Shown here piece by piece: positions 26,891 to 35,818 of a stretch of 64,000 nucleotides of DNA. The notes under the pieces are model-generated. The model made no database searches and was not told where the DNA came from. It saw only the letters and a list, made by a program, of their open reading frames with translations. This stretch comes from Verrucomicrobiota bacterium (GTDB taxonomy: Bacteria; Auribacterota; JABMQX01; JAFGEW01). Within the stretch, counting starts at the first letter, position 1, and each line of letters begins with the position of its first letter. The translations under genes were made by a program, and so were the position numbers. The stretch covers positions 18,522 through 82,521 of the forward strand of contig JAFGEW010000099.1 in NCBI GenBank assembly GCA_016931415.1. The letters are read 5' to 3'.

Positions 26891-28909
26891 ATGAAACTCA
26901 AGGGCCTAGCGGACCTCGACGAAGTCAAGCGAGAGGGCCTCCGCCTGCTCTATCCGGACCGGGTCAAGATTATCGTCGGCACGGCCACGTGCGGCATGGC
27001 CGCCGGCGCGGGCAAGGTTGTCGAGACGTTCCGGCGCGTGATCGACGAGCTGAAGCTCGAGGCGATCGTCGAGGAGACCGGGTGCATCGGCATGTGTCAG
27101 AAGGAGCCGATCGTCACCGTCTACCGGCCGGGCCAGACCAAACTTGTCTACCACTCGATGACGCCTAAGAAGGCCGAGGAACTCGCCCGCCAACTCGCCG
27201 AGGGCAACCCGGGCACGCAGAACGCCCTGGGCCAGATCTTCCGCGAGAAGGCGTTGCTCAGCGGCGAGGAGAGAGTGCTGGGCAAGAACGGCGGCAGCGC
27301 ACCCCTGAGCGAGGCGCCCGACCTTGACGAGATCCCCTTCTATCGCAAGCAGCTCAAGATCGCGCTGCGCAACTGCGGCTATATCGATCCGAACGACATC
27401 CGCCACTCCATCGCGCGCGGCGGCTACTACACGCTCTACAAGGTGCTCACCGAGTGGAAGCCCGACGCCGTCGTCGAGGAAATCACCAAGAGCGGCCTGC
27501 GCGGCCGGGGCGGCGGCGGGTTCCCGACGGGGCGCAAGTGGCGCTCGTGCCGCGACGCGAAAGGCCAGCATCACTACATCATCTGCAACGCCGACGAGGG
27601 TGATCCCGGGGCCTTCATGGATCGCAGCCTGCTCGAGGGCGATCCGCACAGCATGCTCGAGGGGATGATCATCGGCGCCTTCGGCATCGGCGGCGACGAA
27701 GGCTACATCTACGTCCGCAACGAGTATCCCCAGGCGATACGCAAACTCACGCGCGCCCTCGAACAGTGCCACGAATACGGCTTGCTCGGCGACAACATCT
27801 TCGGCACCGAGTTCTCGTTTGACATCACGATCAACCGCGGCGGCGGCGCGTTCGTGTGCGGCGAGTCCACCGCGCTCATGGCGTCGCTCGAAGGGCAGGT
27901 CGGCGAGCCGCGCGCCAAGTACATCCACACCGTCGAGCACGGGTTGCGCGACCAGCCGAGCTGCCTCAACAATGTTGAGACGTGGGCCAACGTGCCTGCC
28001 GTCATGGGCAAGGGCGCCGACTGGTTCACCTCGATCGGCACAGGCGGCAGCAAGGGCACGAAAGTGTTCAGCCTCGTCGGCACGATCCGGACCACGGGCC
28101 TGATCGAGGTGCCGATGGGCATCTCAATCCGCGAGGTGCTCGAGGATATCGGCGGCGGTGTGCGCGAGGGCCACCGGTTCAAAGCCGTGCAGACCGGCGG
28201 CCCTTCGGGCGGCACGATCCTCGTCGACGAACGCGGCGCCACCGTCCGCACCGAGCCCGCGACCGGCGCCTACACGGTCGGCATCATGCCGGAGAGCCTG
28301 CTCGACTTGCCGATCGACTTCGACAGCCTCACCGAGGCCGGCTCGATGATGGGCTCTGGCGGCTTGATCGTGATGGACGAGACGAGCTGCATGGTCGACG
28401 TCGCCCGCTACTTCCTCAGGTTTCTTGCCGAGGAGAGTTGCGGCAAGTGCCTCCCGTGCCGCGAAGGTCTGCGCCAGATGGTCAACATCCTCGACCGCAT
28501 CTGTGAGGGCAAGGGCGAGCACGGCGACATCGAGCTGCTTGAGGAACTCGGCAACGTGGTGATGGACACATCGCTCTGCGCGCTCGGCGGCACGGCGGCC
28601 AACCCGCCGCTGTCGACGATCCGGTATTTCCGCGACGAGTACGAGGCGCACATCTACGACAAGAACTGCCCCGCCGGTGTGTGCAAGGCGCTGATCGCCT
28701 ACGGGGTCAACGCCGAGGCGTGCACGGGTTGCGGCCTGTGCCTGAAGGCGTGTCCGACGGACGCCGTGTTCACACGCAAGCCCAAGGCGGGCGAGAGCAC
28801 GCCGAAGCTGCGCGAGGGCCGCGACCTTCACGACATTTCGCAGGACAAGTGCATCAAGTGCGGGGCCTGTTTCGAAGCCTGCACGTTCGACGCCGTGGTC
28901 AAGGAGTAG
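26891..28909 (+). CDS. NuoF/HydB/HndC-like NAD(P)H-binding FMN flavoprotein with N-terminal thioredoxin-like domain and C-terminal 2x[4Fe-4S] ferredoxin
   Basis: 672 aa. The FMN/NADH site is GRGGGGFPTGRKW. ESCGKCLPCREG is the N3-type cluster motif. The C-terminal ferredoxin motifs are CTGCGLCLKACP and CIKCGACFEAC. Confidence 0.8.
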   Translation: MKLKGLADLDEVKREGLRLLYPDRVKIIVGTATCGMAAGAGKVVETFRRVIDELKLEAIVEETGCIGMCQKEPIVTVYRPGQTKLVYHSMTPKKAEELARQLAEGNPGTQNALGQIFREKALLSGEERVLGKNGGSAPLSEAPDLDEIPFYRKQLKIALRNCGYIDPNDIRHSIARGGYYTLYKVLTEWKPDAVVEEITKSGLRGRGGGGFPTGRKWRSCRDAKGQHHYIICNADEGDPGAFMDRSLLEGDPHSMLEGMIIGAFGIGGDEGYIYVRNEYPQAIRKLTRALEQCHEYGLLGDNIFGTEFSFDITINRGGGAFVCGESTALMASLEGQVGEPRAKYIHTVEHGLRDQPSCLNNVETWANVPAVMGKGADWFTSIGTGGSKGTKVFSLVGTIRTTGLIEVPMGISIREVLEDIGGGVREGHRFKAVQTGGPSGGTILVDERGATVRTEPATGAYTVGIMPESLLDLPIDFDSLTEAGSMMGSGGLIVMDETSCMVDVARYFLRFLAEESCGKCLPCREGLRQMVNILDRICEGKGEHGDIELLEELGNVVMDTSLCALGGTAANPPLSTIRYFRDEYEAHIYDKNCPAGVCKALIAYGVNAEACTGCGLCLKACPTDAVFTRKPKAGESTPKLREGRDLHDISQDKCIKCGACFEACTFDAVVKE

Positions 28910-28913
28910 CTCC

Positions 28914-30671
28914 ATGCCTGACGAGACGGTCACATTGACGATCGACGGCAACAAGATCGAGGTCGAGCCGGGCATCTACGTGCTCGAAGCCGCCCAACGG
29001 CTCGGCATCTGGATTCCGACGCTATGCAACTACAAGGGCCTGACACCGTACGGCGCCTGCCGGCTCTGCACGGTCGAGGCGACGAAGGGATCGCGCACTC
29101 GCCTTGTCACCTCGTGCAACTACCCGGTGAGCGACGGCCTTGTCGTGCGCACCGACACCGAGCGTGTGCGCACGGCGCGGCGCATCCTCGTCGAGCTGCT
29201 CTGTGCGCGCCACGGCAAGGTGGGGATCGTCAAAGAGCTTGCCGCCAACGTCGGTGTGACCAAGCCGCGCTTCGGCGAGGGCGACGAGGCGTGTATCCTG
29301 TGCGGCCTGTGCGTCCGCGCGTGTGCCGAAATGGCGCGCGCCTACGCGATCGGGTTCTCGCAGCGCGGTACGGAGAAGATCGTTACCACGCCGTTTGACG
29401 AGCCGAGCGAGGTGTGCATCAACTGCGGTGCCTGCGCCAAGGTCTGCCCGACGGGCGCGATCTATATCGAGGGCGCCGAGGAGATCCGTCACGACGAGCT
29501 CATGCTCGGCCCCGACGCGGCGATCTCGGTGCCGACGATGCAGGCGGTGCCCAACGTGCCCGCGCTCGACGCGACACGCTGCCTTCACTTCCAGCGCGAC
29601 GGGTGCGGCATCTGCGCGCCCAACTGCCCGGCGAACGCGATCGACTACTCGATGCAGGACGAGGAGATCGAGGTTGAGTGCGGCACGATGGTCGTCGCCA
29701 CCGGCTTCCAGACCTTCGACCCCAGTCCGATGGAGCAGTACGGCTACGGCCGCTTCCCGAACGTGATCACGTCGCTCGAGTTCGAGCGGCTCTCGAACGC
29801 GGCGGGCCCGACGGGCGGCGAGATTGTGCTGCGCAACGGCGAGCGGCCGAAGTCGGTTGCCATCCTGCACTGCATCGGCAGCCGCGACGAGCACTACCAC
29901 AAGTACTGCTCGCGGGTGTGCTGCATGTACTCGCTCAAGTTCGCCCACCTCGTGCGCGAGAAGGTCGGCGCTCGGGTCTACGAGCTCTACATCGACATGC
30001 GCAGCTTCGGCAAAGGCTACGAGGAGTTCTACGACCGGCTGCTCCAGGAGGGGGCGCTGTTCATCCGGGGCAAAGGCGCCGAGGTGACCGACTTCGCCAT
30101 GCGGCCCGAGGAGGAAGGCAAGCTCATCGTCAAGTGCGAGGATACGCTCGCCGGCGTGCAGCGCCGCCTCCCGGTCGACATGGTGATCCTGTCGGTGGCG
30201 CTCGAGGCGCGTAGCGACTCGAAGCAGGTCGAGCGCCTCTTCAAGTTGTGCGCGAGCGAGGACGGCTTCTTCCTTGAGCGGCATCCGAAGCTCGCGCCCG
30301 TCGAGACGACGAGCGACGGCGTGTTCCTTGCGGGCTGTTGCCAAAGCCCGAAGGACATCCCGGACACCGTGGCCCAGGGCAGCGCGGCGGCGGCGCAGGC
30401 CTTGAGCCTCATCCTGCGCGGCGAAACCACGTTGAGCGGCGCGCATGCCGAGATCAACCCCGAGCTGTGCAGCGGCTGCCGCATCTGCAACGAGCTGTGC
30501 CCGTACAACGCCATCACGTATGACGCCGAGAAGAAGGTGAGCGAGGTCAATGCGAGCCTGTGCAAGGCGTGCGGGACGTGCGTGGCGGCGTGTCCGAGCG
30601 GGGCGATCAAGGGCAAGCACTTCACGAAGCAGCAGATCCTTGCCGAGCTGGAAGGAGTGTTGGCGAAATGA
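28914..30671 (+). CDS. hdrA: fusion protein: NuoG/HoxU/HydA-N-like Fe-S domain (2Fe-2S + 2x4Fe-4S) fused to HdrA C-terminal part (inserted-ferredoxin second motif, TrxR-like FAD domain part 2, C-terminal 2x[4Fe-4S] ferredoxin)
   Basis: The N-terminal 2Fe-2S pattern is LCNYKGLTPYGACRLC..C, followed by CILCGLCVRAC and CINCGACAKVCP. HdrA-specific blocks follow: CLHFQRDGCGICAPNCP, MVVATGFQTFDP, CSRVCCMYSLK, VFLAGCCQSPKDIPDTVAQGSAAA. The C-terminal motifs are CSGCRICNELCP and CKACGTCVAACP. Confidence 0.75.
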   Translation: MPDETVTLTIDGNKIEVEPGIYVLEAAQRLGIWIPTLCNYKGLTPYGACRLCTVEATKGSRTRLVTSCNYPVSDGLVVRTDTERVRTARRILVELLCARHGKVGIVKELAANVGVTKPRFGEGDEACILCGLCVRACAEMARAYAIGFSQRGTEKIVTTPFDEPSEVCINCGACAKVCPTGAIYIEGAEEIRHDELMLGPDAAISVPTMQAVPNVPALDATRCLHFQRDGCGICAPNCPANAIDYSMQDEEIEVECGTMVVATGFQTFDPSPMEQYGYGRFPNVITSLEFERLSNAAGPTGGEIVLRNGERPKSVAILHCIGSRDEHYHKYCSRVCCMYSLKFAHLVREKVGARVYELYIDMRSFGKGYEEFYDRLLQEGALFIRGKGAEVTDFAMRPEEEGKLIVKCEDTLAGVQRRLPVDMVILSVALEARSDSKQVERLFKLCASEDGFFLERHPKLAPVETTSDGVFLAGCCQSPKDIPDTVAQGSAAAAQALSLILRGETTLSGAHAEINPELCSGCRICNELCPYNAITYDAEKKVSEVNASLCKACGTCVAACPSGAIKGKHFTKQQILAELEGVLAK

Positions 30672-31132
30672 GCAAGTTCGAACCGGTCATCGTCGGCTTT
30701 CTGTGCAACTGGTGCAGCTACACGGGCGCGGACCTTGCCGGCACGGCCCGCCGGCACTACCTGCCCAACCTGCGCATCATCCGCGTCATGTGCAGCGGGC
30801 GCGTCGAGCCGGGTTTTGTCGTCCAGGCGCTGCAGGACGGGGCCGACGGCGTGCTCGTGGCGGGATGCCATCCCGGCGACTGCCACTATATCGAGGGCAA
30901 CTACAAGACGCTGCGCCGCATGACGCTGCTCAAGAAGATGCTCGAGCAGTTCGGCATCGAGCCTGAGCGGGTGCGGCTCGAATGGATCAGCGCGAGCGAG
31001 GCGAACGACTTCGTCCGGGTCGTCAACGAGATGACCGAGGAGATTCGGGCGCTCGGGCCGCTCAAGCTCGGCCACTTCGAGGACGCTGCCGACGCCGAGC
31101 ACGCCGGGAAAGAAGCGGCCACGCCCGCATAG
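30668..31132 (+). CDS. mvhD: methyl-viologen-reducing hydrogenase delta subunit (MvhD/FlpD family)
   Basis: VGFLCNWCSY..MCSGRVEP..AGCHPGDCHY are the MvhD signature motifs. The ATG overlaps the upstream stop (ATGA). Confidence 0.8.
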   Translation: MSKFEPVIVGFLCNWCSYTGADLAGTARRHYLPNLRIIRVMCSGRVEPGFVVQALQDGADGVLVAGCHPGDCHYIEGNYKTLRRMTLLKKMLEQFGIEPERVRLEWISASEANDFVRVVNEMTEEIRALGPLKLGHFEDAADAEHAGKEAATPA

Positions 31133-31156
31133 ACACCGCGATTCGAGGAGAAAGCC

Positions 31157-32152
31157 GTGGGCAAGCCCAAAGTCGCCTTCTACTGGTGCGCCAGTTGCGG
31201 CGGGTGCGAGGAAGCGGTCGTCGATCTGGCCGAGGATATCCTCAAGGTCGTCGATGCCGTTGACATCGTGCTCTGGCCCGTGGCGCTCGACTTCAAGCTC
31301 AAGGACGTCAAGGCGATGAAGGACGGCGAGATTGCCGTAAGCTTCATCAACGGGGCGGTGCGCACCGAGGAGCAGGAGGAGTGGGTCAAGCTGCTGCGCA
31401 GGAAGTCGGGGTTGGTCGTGGCCTTCGGCGCGTGCGCGCACCTAGGCGGCGTGCCCGGGCTGGCGAACTTCTTTGACCGCAAGGCGATCTTCGATCGCGC
31501 CTACGACAAGGTTCCGAGCGCCGACAACCCGAACAAGACCCGGCCGCAGACGAGGACCGAGGTGCCCGAGGGCGTGCTCACGCTGCCCGCCTTCTTCAAC
31601 ACGGTGCGGACGCTCGACCAGGTCATTGACGTGGATTATTACCTGCCCGGCTGCGCGCCGCCGCCGGACCTGATCATGGGAGCCGTCACGGCGATCCTCA
31701 AAGGCGAGCTGCCGCCCAAGGGCACGGTACTCGCTCCGACGAAGGCGCTGTGCGACACCTGTCCGCTCAAGGAATCGAAACCCGAGAAGATGCTCATCCA
31801 CGAGTTCAAACGCGTGGCGACGAGTACGCCGGACCCGACGGTGTGCTATCTCGCGCAAGGCTACGTCTGTCTCGGCCCGGCGACCCGCTCGGGCTGCGGC
31901 GAACGCTGCATCAACGCCAACATGACGTGCCGCGGCTGCTTCGGGCCGACGCCCGAAGCCATTGACCTGGGCGTGAAGGCCCTGTCGGCCATGGCGTCCA
32001 TCCTCGACACGAATGATGCCGACGAGATCACGCGGATCATGGATACCATGCCCGACCCGGCCGGCGTCTTCTACATGTACTGCTTGCCCTCGTCCGTGCT
32101 GCGGCGTCGCAAGGTGGAAGCCATTCCGAGAACGGAGAGCGCTCATGTCTAA
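31157..32152 (+). CDS. mvhG: [NiFe] hydrogenase small subunit, group 3c (MvhG-like)
   Basis: GTG start with a GAGGAG RBS. The N-terminal proximal-cluster cysteines are KVAFYWCASCGGCEE. Multiple distal-cluster cysteines follow (CDTCP, CLGPATRSGCGERCINANMTCRGCFGP). Confidence 0.8.
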   Translation: MGKPKVAFYWCASCGGCEEAVVDLAEDILKVVDAVDIVLWPVALDFKLKDVKAMKDGEIAVSFINGAVRTEEQEEWVKLLRRKSGLVVAFGACAHLGGVPGLANFFDRKAIFDRAYDKVPSADNPNKTRPQTRTEVPEGVLTLPAFFNTVRTLDQVIDVDYYLPGCAPPPDLIMGAVTAILKGELPPKGTVLAPTKALCDTCPLKESKPEKMLIHEFKRVATSTPDPTVCYLAQGYVCLGPATRSGCGERCINANMTCRGCFGPTPEAIDLGVKALSAMASILDTNDADEITRIMDTMPDPAGVFYMYCLPSSVLRRRKVEAIPRTESAHV

Positions 32153-33605
32153 GCAGATCACCATTGACCCGATCACGCGGCTCGAGGGCCACGGCAAGAT
32201 CGAGATATTCCTCGACGATGCAGGCAACGTGGCCAACGCCTACCTGCAGATTCCCGAGCTGCGCGGGTTCGAGCAGTTCGCCGTCGGCCGGCTCGTCGAG
32301 GAGATGCCGCGCATTACCCCGAAGATCTGCGGCGTGTGCCCGACGACGCACCACATGTGTTCGGGCAAGACCGTTGACGCCGTGTATCACGTCGACCCGC
32401 CGGTGCCGGCCAAGAAGATCCGCGAGCTGATCAACTCAGCGTTCATGTTCGAGGACCACACGCTGCACTTCTACTTCCTCGGCGGGCCGGACTTCGTCAT
32501 GGGGCCCGATGCGCCGGCGGCGACGCGCAACATCCTCGGCGTCATCGGTAAGGTGGGGCTCGAGATCGCGGGCCAGGTCATCGCCATCCGTCGCCGCACG
32601 CGCAAGGTGATCAGCGACCTCGGCGGACGCGTCATCCACCCGGTGTGCAACGTGCCGGGCGGTGTCTCGAAGGGGGTCACCAAGGAGCTGCAGGAAGAGT
32701 ACATCCAGACCGCGAAGGACGCCGTCGAGTTCGCCAGGTTCTCGCTCAAGCTCTTCGACGACGTCGTGCTGGCGAACAAGGGTTACGTCGACGTCATCGT
32801 CGGCGACGTCTACAAGCACCAGACCTACTACATGGGCCTGGTGGACAAAAACAACAAGGTCAGCTTCTACGACGGCGACGTGCGGGTCGTGACGCCGACG
32901 GGCGAGCAGTTCGCCAAGTTCAAGCCGAACGAGTATCTCGACCATATCGCCGAGCACGTCGAGCCGTGGAGCTACATCAAGTTCCCGTTCCTCAAGAAGG
33001 TCGGCTGGAAGGGCTTCGTCGACGGCAAGGACAGCGGTGTCTACCGCGTTGCGCCGCTCGCGCGGCTCAACGCGTCCGACGGTATGGCCACGCCCCAGGC
33101 GCAGGAGGCGTACGAGAAGATGTTCTCGGTCCTCGGCGGCAAGCCGGCGCACAACACGCTTGCCTACCACTGGGCGCGCCTCGTCGAGCTGCTCTACGCG
33201 GCCGAGCGTCTCCTCGAGCTGGCGCAAGATCCTGACATTCTCGATCCGAACATCCGCACGGTGCCGACCGAGACACCGTCCGAGGGCGTAGCTGTCGTCG
33301 AGGCGCCGCGTGGCACGCTCTATCACCACTACAAGACCGACGAGCGCGGCGTCGTGCAGGAAGCCAACCTCATCGTCGCGACGGTGAACAACTCGGCGGC
33401 GATCGCCATGTCGGTCGCGCGCGCCGCAAAGGGGCTCATCAAGAACGGCAAGGTCAACGACGGTCTGCTCAACATGGTCGAGATGGCCTTCCGCGCCTAT
33501 GACCCCTGCATGGCGTGCGCCACACACGCTTTGGGCAAGACGCCGCTCATTGTCACGCTGCGCGATCCGAGCGGCGACGCGATCCAAGTGCTGCGCCGCG
33601 ACTGA
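32145..33605 (+). CDS. mvhA: [NiFe] hydrogenase large subunit, group 3c (MvhA-like)
   Basis: RLEGHGKI and RICGVCPTTHH (L1 Ni ligands) are present. The C-terminal motif DPCMACATH is followed by a ~25-aa cleavable tail. The ATG overlaps the mvhG stop by 8 nt. Confidence 0.85.
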   Translation: MSKQITIDPITRLEGHGKIEIFLDDAGNVANAYLQIPELRGFEQFAVGRLVEEMPRITPKICGVCPTTHHMCSGKTVDAVYHVDPPVPAKKIRELINSAFMFEDHTLHFYFLGGPDFVMGPDAPAATRNILGVIGKVGLEIAGQVIAIRRRTRKVISDLGGRVIHPVCNVPGGVSKGVTKELQEEYIQTAKDAVEFARFSLKLFDDVVLANKGYVDVIVGDVYKHQTYYMGLVDKNNKVSFYDGDVRVVTPTGEQFAKFKPNEYLDHIAEHVEPWSYIKFPFLKKVGWKGFVDGKDSGVYRVAPLARLNASDGMATPQAQEAYEKMFSVLGGKPAHNTLAYHWARLVELLYAAERLLELAQDPDILDPNIRTVPTETPSEGVAVVEAPRGTLYHHYKTDERGVVQEANLIVATVNNSAAIAMSVARAAKGLIKNGKVNDGLLNMVEMAFRAYDPCMACATHALGKTPLIVTLRDPSGDAIQVLRRD

Positions 33606-33629
33606 TCGAAACATGACACGCCAGATCAA

Positions 33630-33669
33630 CCGCCCTGTGCCCGTCCGAGGGGTGCAGGGCGGCTTTTCC
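33630..33669 (+). terminator. putative intrinsic terminator after the hdr-mvh operon
   Basis: Stem CCGCCCTG ... CAGGGCGG with a structured 17-nt loop, followed by CTTTTCC, a weak T-tract. Confidence 0.45.
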
Positions 33670-33769
33670 TCAAGGGACACCCGTCCGGACGCATTCGCGG
33701 AACTCGCTAAGCATCTTAACTGTTACTGTAAGGAATGCCGGAAGTCCGACTGAGCAGAGGAGCACTCTG

Positions 33770-34354
33770 ATGTGGTCTCGGCTGGTTCGTGTGGGTCTGC
33801 TTGCAGTGGTTGTTCTGGTCACACCTGCCTGCGCCGCCTTGGTTCGGCGGGCGGCGGCATTCTCCCCCTTGCTCGCCCATGGCGAAGGCGGCGAAGACGG
33901 CTTGGTGGAGATGCTCGGCGAGCAGCACGTTGCCGTCATTCATTTCCCGATTGCGCTCACCATTGCAGCCGCGCTGGCGGAGCTGCTCGCCCTCATCACG
34001 CGGCGGCCTGCGTTCACGCACGCGGCTCGCTTCTGCATCGTGATCGCGGCGCTCGGCGCCATCGCCGCCGTCATCACCGGCTGGATCGCGTTCGGGGAGG
34101 AAACCGAAGGCATGACGGCAGCAGCTATGAAGTCGAATCCCCTGACCCGGAATCTTCTGATCCATCGTTCGCTCGGTATTGCGGCGGCCATCGTGATCGT
34201 GGCAGGGGCCGTTCTGTCCGAGGTTGGCCACATCGGCCGGAACAAGTGGGTGATGCTGGCATCCCGGATCGCCTTGCTCGCGGCCGTTGTCCTCGTAGTT
34301 CTTACAGGCTACTACGGTGGGAAATATGTGTTCCCCGAAATGCCACCGGCTTAG
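33770..34354 (+). CDS. hypothetical polytopic membrane protein (4-5 TM) at the head of the copper-efflux cluster
   Basis: 194 aa with a hydrophobic profile and conserved His residues. No recognisable motif. Confidence 0.5.
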   Translation: MWSRLVRVGLLAVVVLVTPACAALVRRAAAFSPLLAHGEGGEDGLVEMLGEQHVAVIHFPIALTIAAALAELLALITRRPAFTHAARFCIVIAALGAIAAVITGWIAFGEETEGMTAAAMKSNPLTRNLLIHRSLGIAAAIVIVAGAVLSEVGHIGRNKWVMLASRIALLAAVVLVVLTGYYGGKYVFPEMPPA

Positions 34355-35762
34355 CAGACGTGCCACGACCGTGCTTCGTGCTGTTGTGCTCGCCTTGATC
34401 GCGGTTGGCGGATCGTCGTGCGCAGGCCGGCGGGAGACGCTGTCTGACGGAAGGCCGGTGCCCGCGAACGGCCCGATGCCGGCGTCGCCGATATCGGCGC
34501 CGGCCATGTTGCCCGACGAGCCGACGATTGATGACTACATCGCCTACGCGGAGCAGAACAACCCAGCGATACGTGCCGCGCGGGAGCGGTGGCATGCGGC
34601 GCTGGAACGCGTCCGGCAGGCGCGCTCGCTGCCTGACCCGAGGCTGAGTTTCGGCGAGTTCGTCGAGTCGGTCGAGACGCGCGTCGGGCCGCAGGAGTGG
34701 AACGCGACGTTGTCGCAAACCTTCCCCTGGTTTGGCACGCTCGGGCTGCGCGGCGACGCTGCCCGCTCTGGCGCCGCGATGGCCGCACAACAGGTCGAGG
34801 CGCTGCGCCTCAAGATCATCTACCAACTCAAACACGACTACTACGAGTACTACTACCTCGCCCGTGCCGTCGGCGTGAGCGAGGAGAACGTGCAGCTTGT
34901 CGCCGATCTCGAGGAGGTCGCCCGCACCGCCTACGCTGCGGGCCGGGTGCCGCAAGCGGCGGTGATCAAGGCCCAGGTCGAGCTCGAGAAGCTCCGCGAC
35001 CGCCTCCGCACACTTAGCGAGCAACGCATTCCCGTCGCAGCCAAGATCAACGCTCTCCTCGGGCGGGAAGCCGATGCGCCGCTGCCGTGGCCGCAGGTAT
35101 TGCCCGACGATGACGAAATCCTGCCGGCCGCTGAACTCCTCAACCAGCTCCGTACAGCGAACCCCGAACTCCGTGCCCTGGCCCATGCGGCGAACAGGGC
35201 GAGCCGCGCCGAGGCACTCGCGCGCAAGGCGCGCTACCCCGACCTGACGCTCGGCGTCACCTACGTCTCGACCGGTGACGCCGTCATGCCCAACGTCGCC
35301 GGCAGCGGCAAGGACCCCGTCATGGTCATGTTGTCGGTCAACCTGCCCGTCTGGGGCGGCAGGAACCGCGCCGTCATCCGCGAGGCCCGGGCGCAGCTCG
35401 AGTCGGCCATCGCCGAACGCGGCGACCGCGAGAACATGCTGGTCGCCGAGCTCGAGATGGCGCTGTTCAAGTACAACGACGCGGTGCGCAAGATCACCCT
35501 GTACCGCGACACGCTGGTTCCCCAGGCCAAGCAGAGCCTCAACGTGACCCAGCAGGCTTTCACGGCCGGCACGGTGGCCTTCCTTGACCTGATCGACGCC
35601 CAACGCACGCTGCTCGAGATCCAGCTCATGGCCGAACGGGCGCTCGTGGACCGCGCTCAGCAGCGCGCCGCACTCGATATGCTGACCGGGCGCGGGCTGT
35701 CGAATGGCGCGGGAAACACTGCGGTCGGGAATCAACTTGGTGCTGATGGTGTTGAGAAATGA
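34317..35762 (+). CDS. cusC: outer-membrane efflux factor (TolC/CusC/CzcC family), lipoprotein
   Basis: The signal peptide plus lipobox reads LIAVGGSSC. Two repeats of the OEP domain with coiled-coil alpha-helical content are present. It sits upstream of the cusBA-like genes. Confidence 0.75.
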   Translation: MGNMCSPKCHRLSRRATTVLRAVVLALIAVGGSSCAGRRETLSDGRPVPANGPMPASPISAPAMLPDEPTIDDYIAYAEQNNPAIRAARERWHAALERVRQARSLPDPRLSFGEFVESVETRVGPQEWNATLSQTFPWFGTLGLRGDAARSGAAMAAQQVEALRLKIIYQLKHDYYEYYYLARAVGVSEENVQLVADLEEVARTAYAAGRVPQAAVIKAQVELEKLRDRLRTLSEQRIPVAAKINALLGREADAPLPWPQVLPDDDEILPAAELLNQLRTANPELRALAHAANRASRAEALARKARYPDLTLGVTYVSTGDAVMPNVAGSGKDPVMVMLSVNLPVWGGRNRAVIREARAQLESAIAERGDRENMLVAELEMALFKYNDAVRKITLYRDTLVPQAKQSLNVTQQAFTAGTVAFLDLIDAQRTLLEIQLMAERALVDRAQQRAALDMLTGRGLSNGAGNTAVGNQLGADGVEK

Positions 35763-35818
35763 ATGGACTCATCGTGAATGTACACACGCGATCAGCACCC
35801 AGGCCGAGGAGAGTGCTC

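Noticed and set aside
24519-31441. Minus-strand ORFs 24519..26453 (644 aa), 26906..27940, 28124..28975, 29022..30620 (532 aa) and 30029..31441 (470 aa) opposite the hdr-nuo-mvh operon
   Set aside because: The plus-strand genes have dense, diagnostic Fe-S, flavin and hydrogenase motifs and proper RBSs. The antisense ORFs lack motifs and RBSs and have biased R/A/D/H/L composition.
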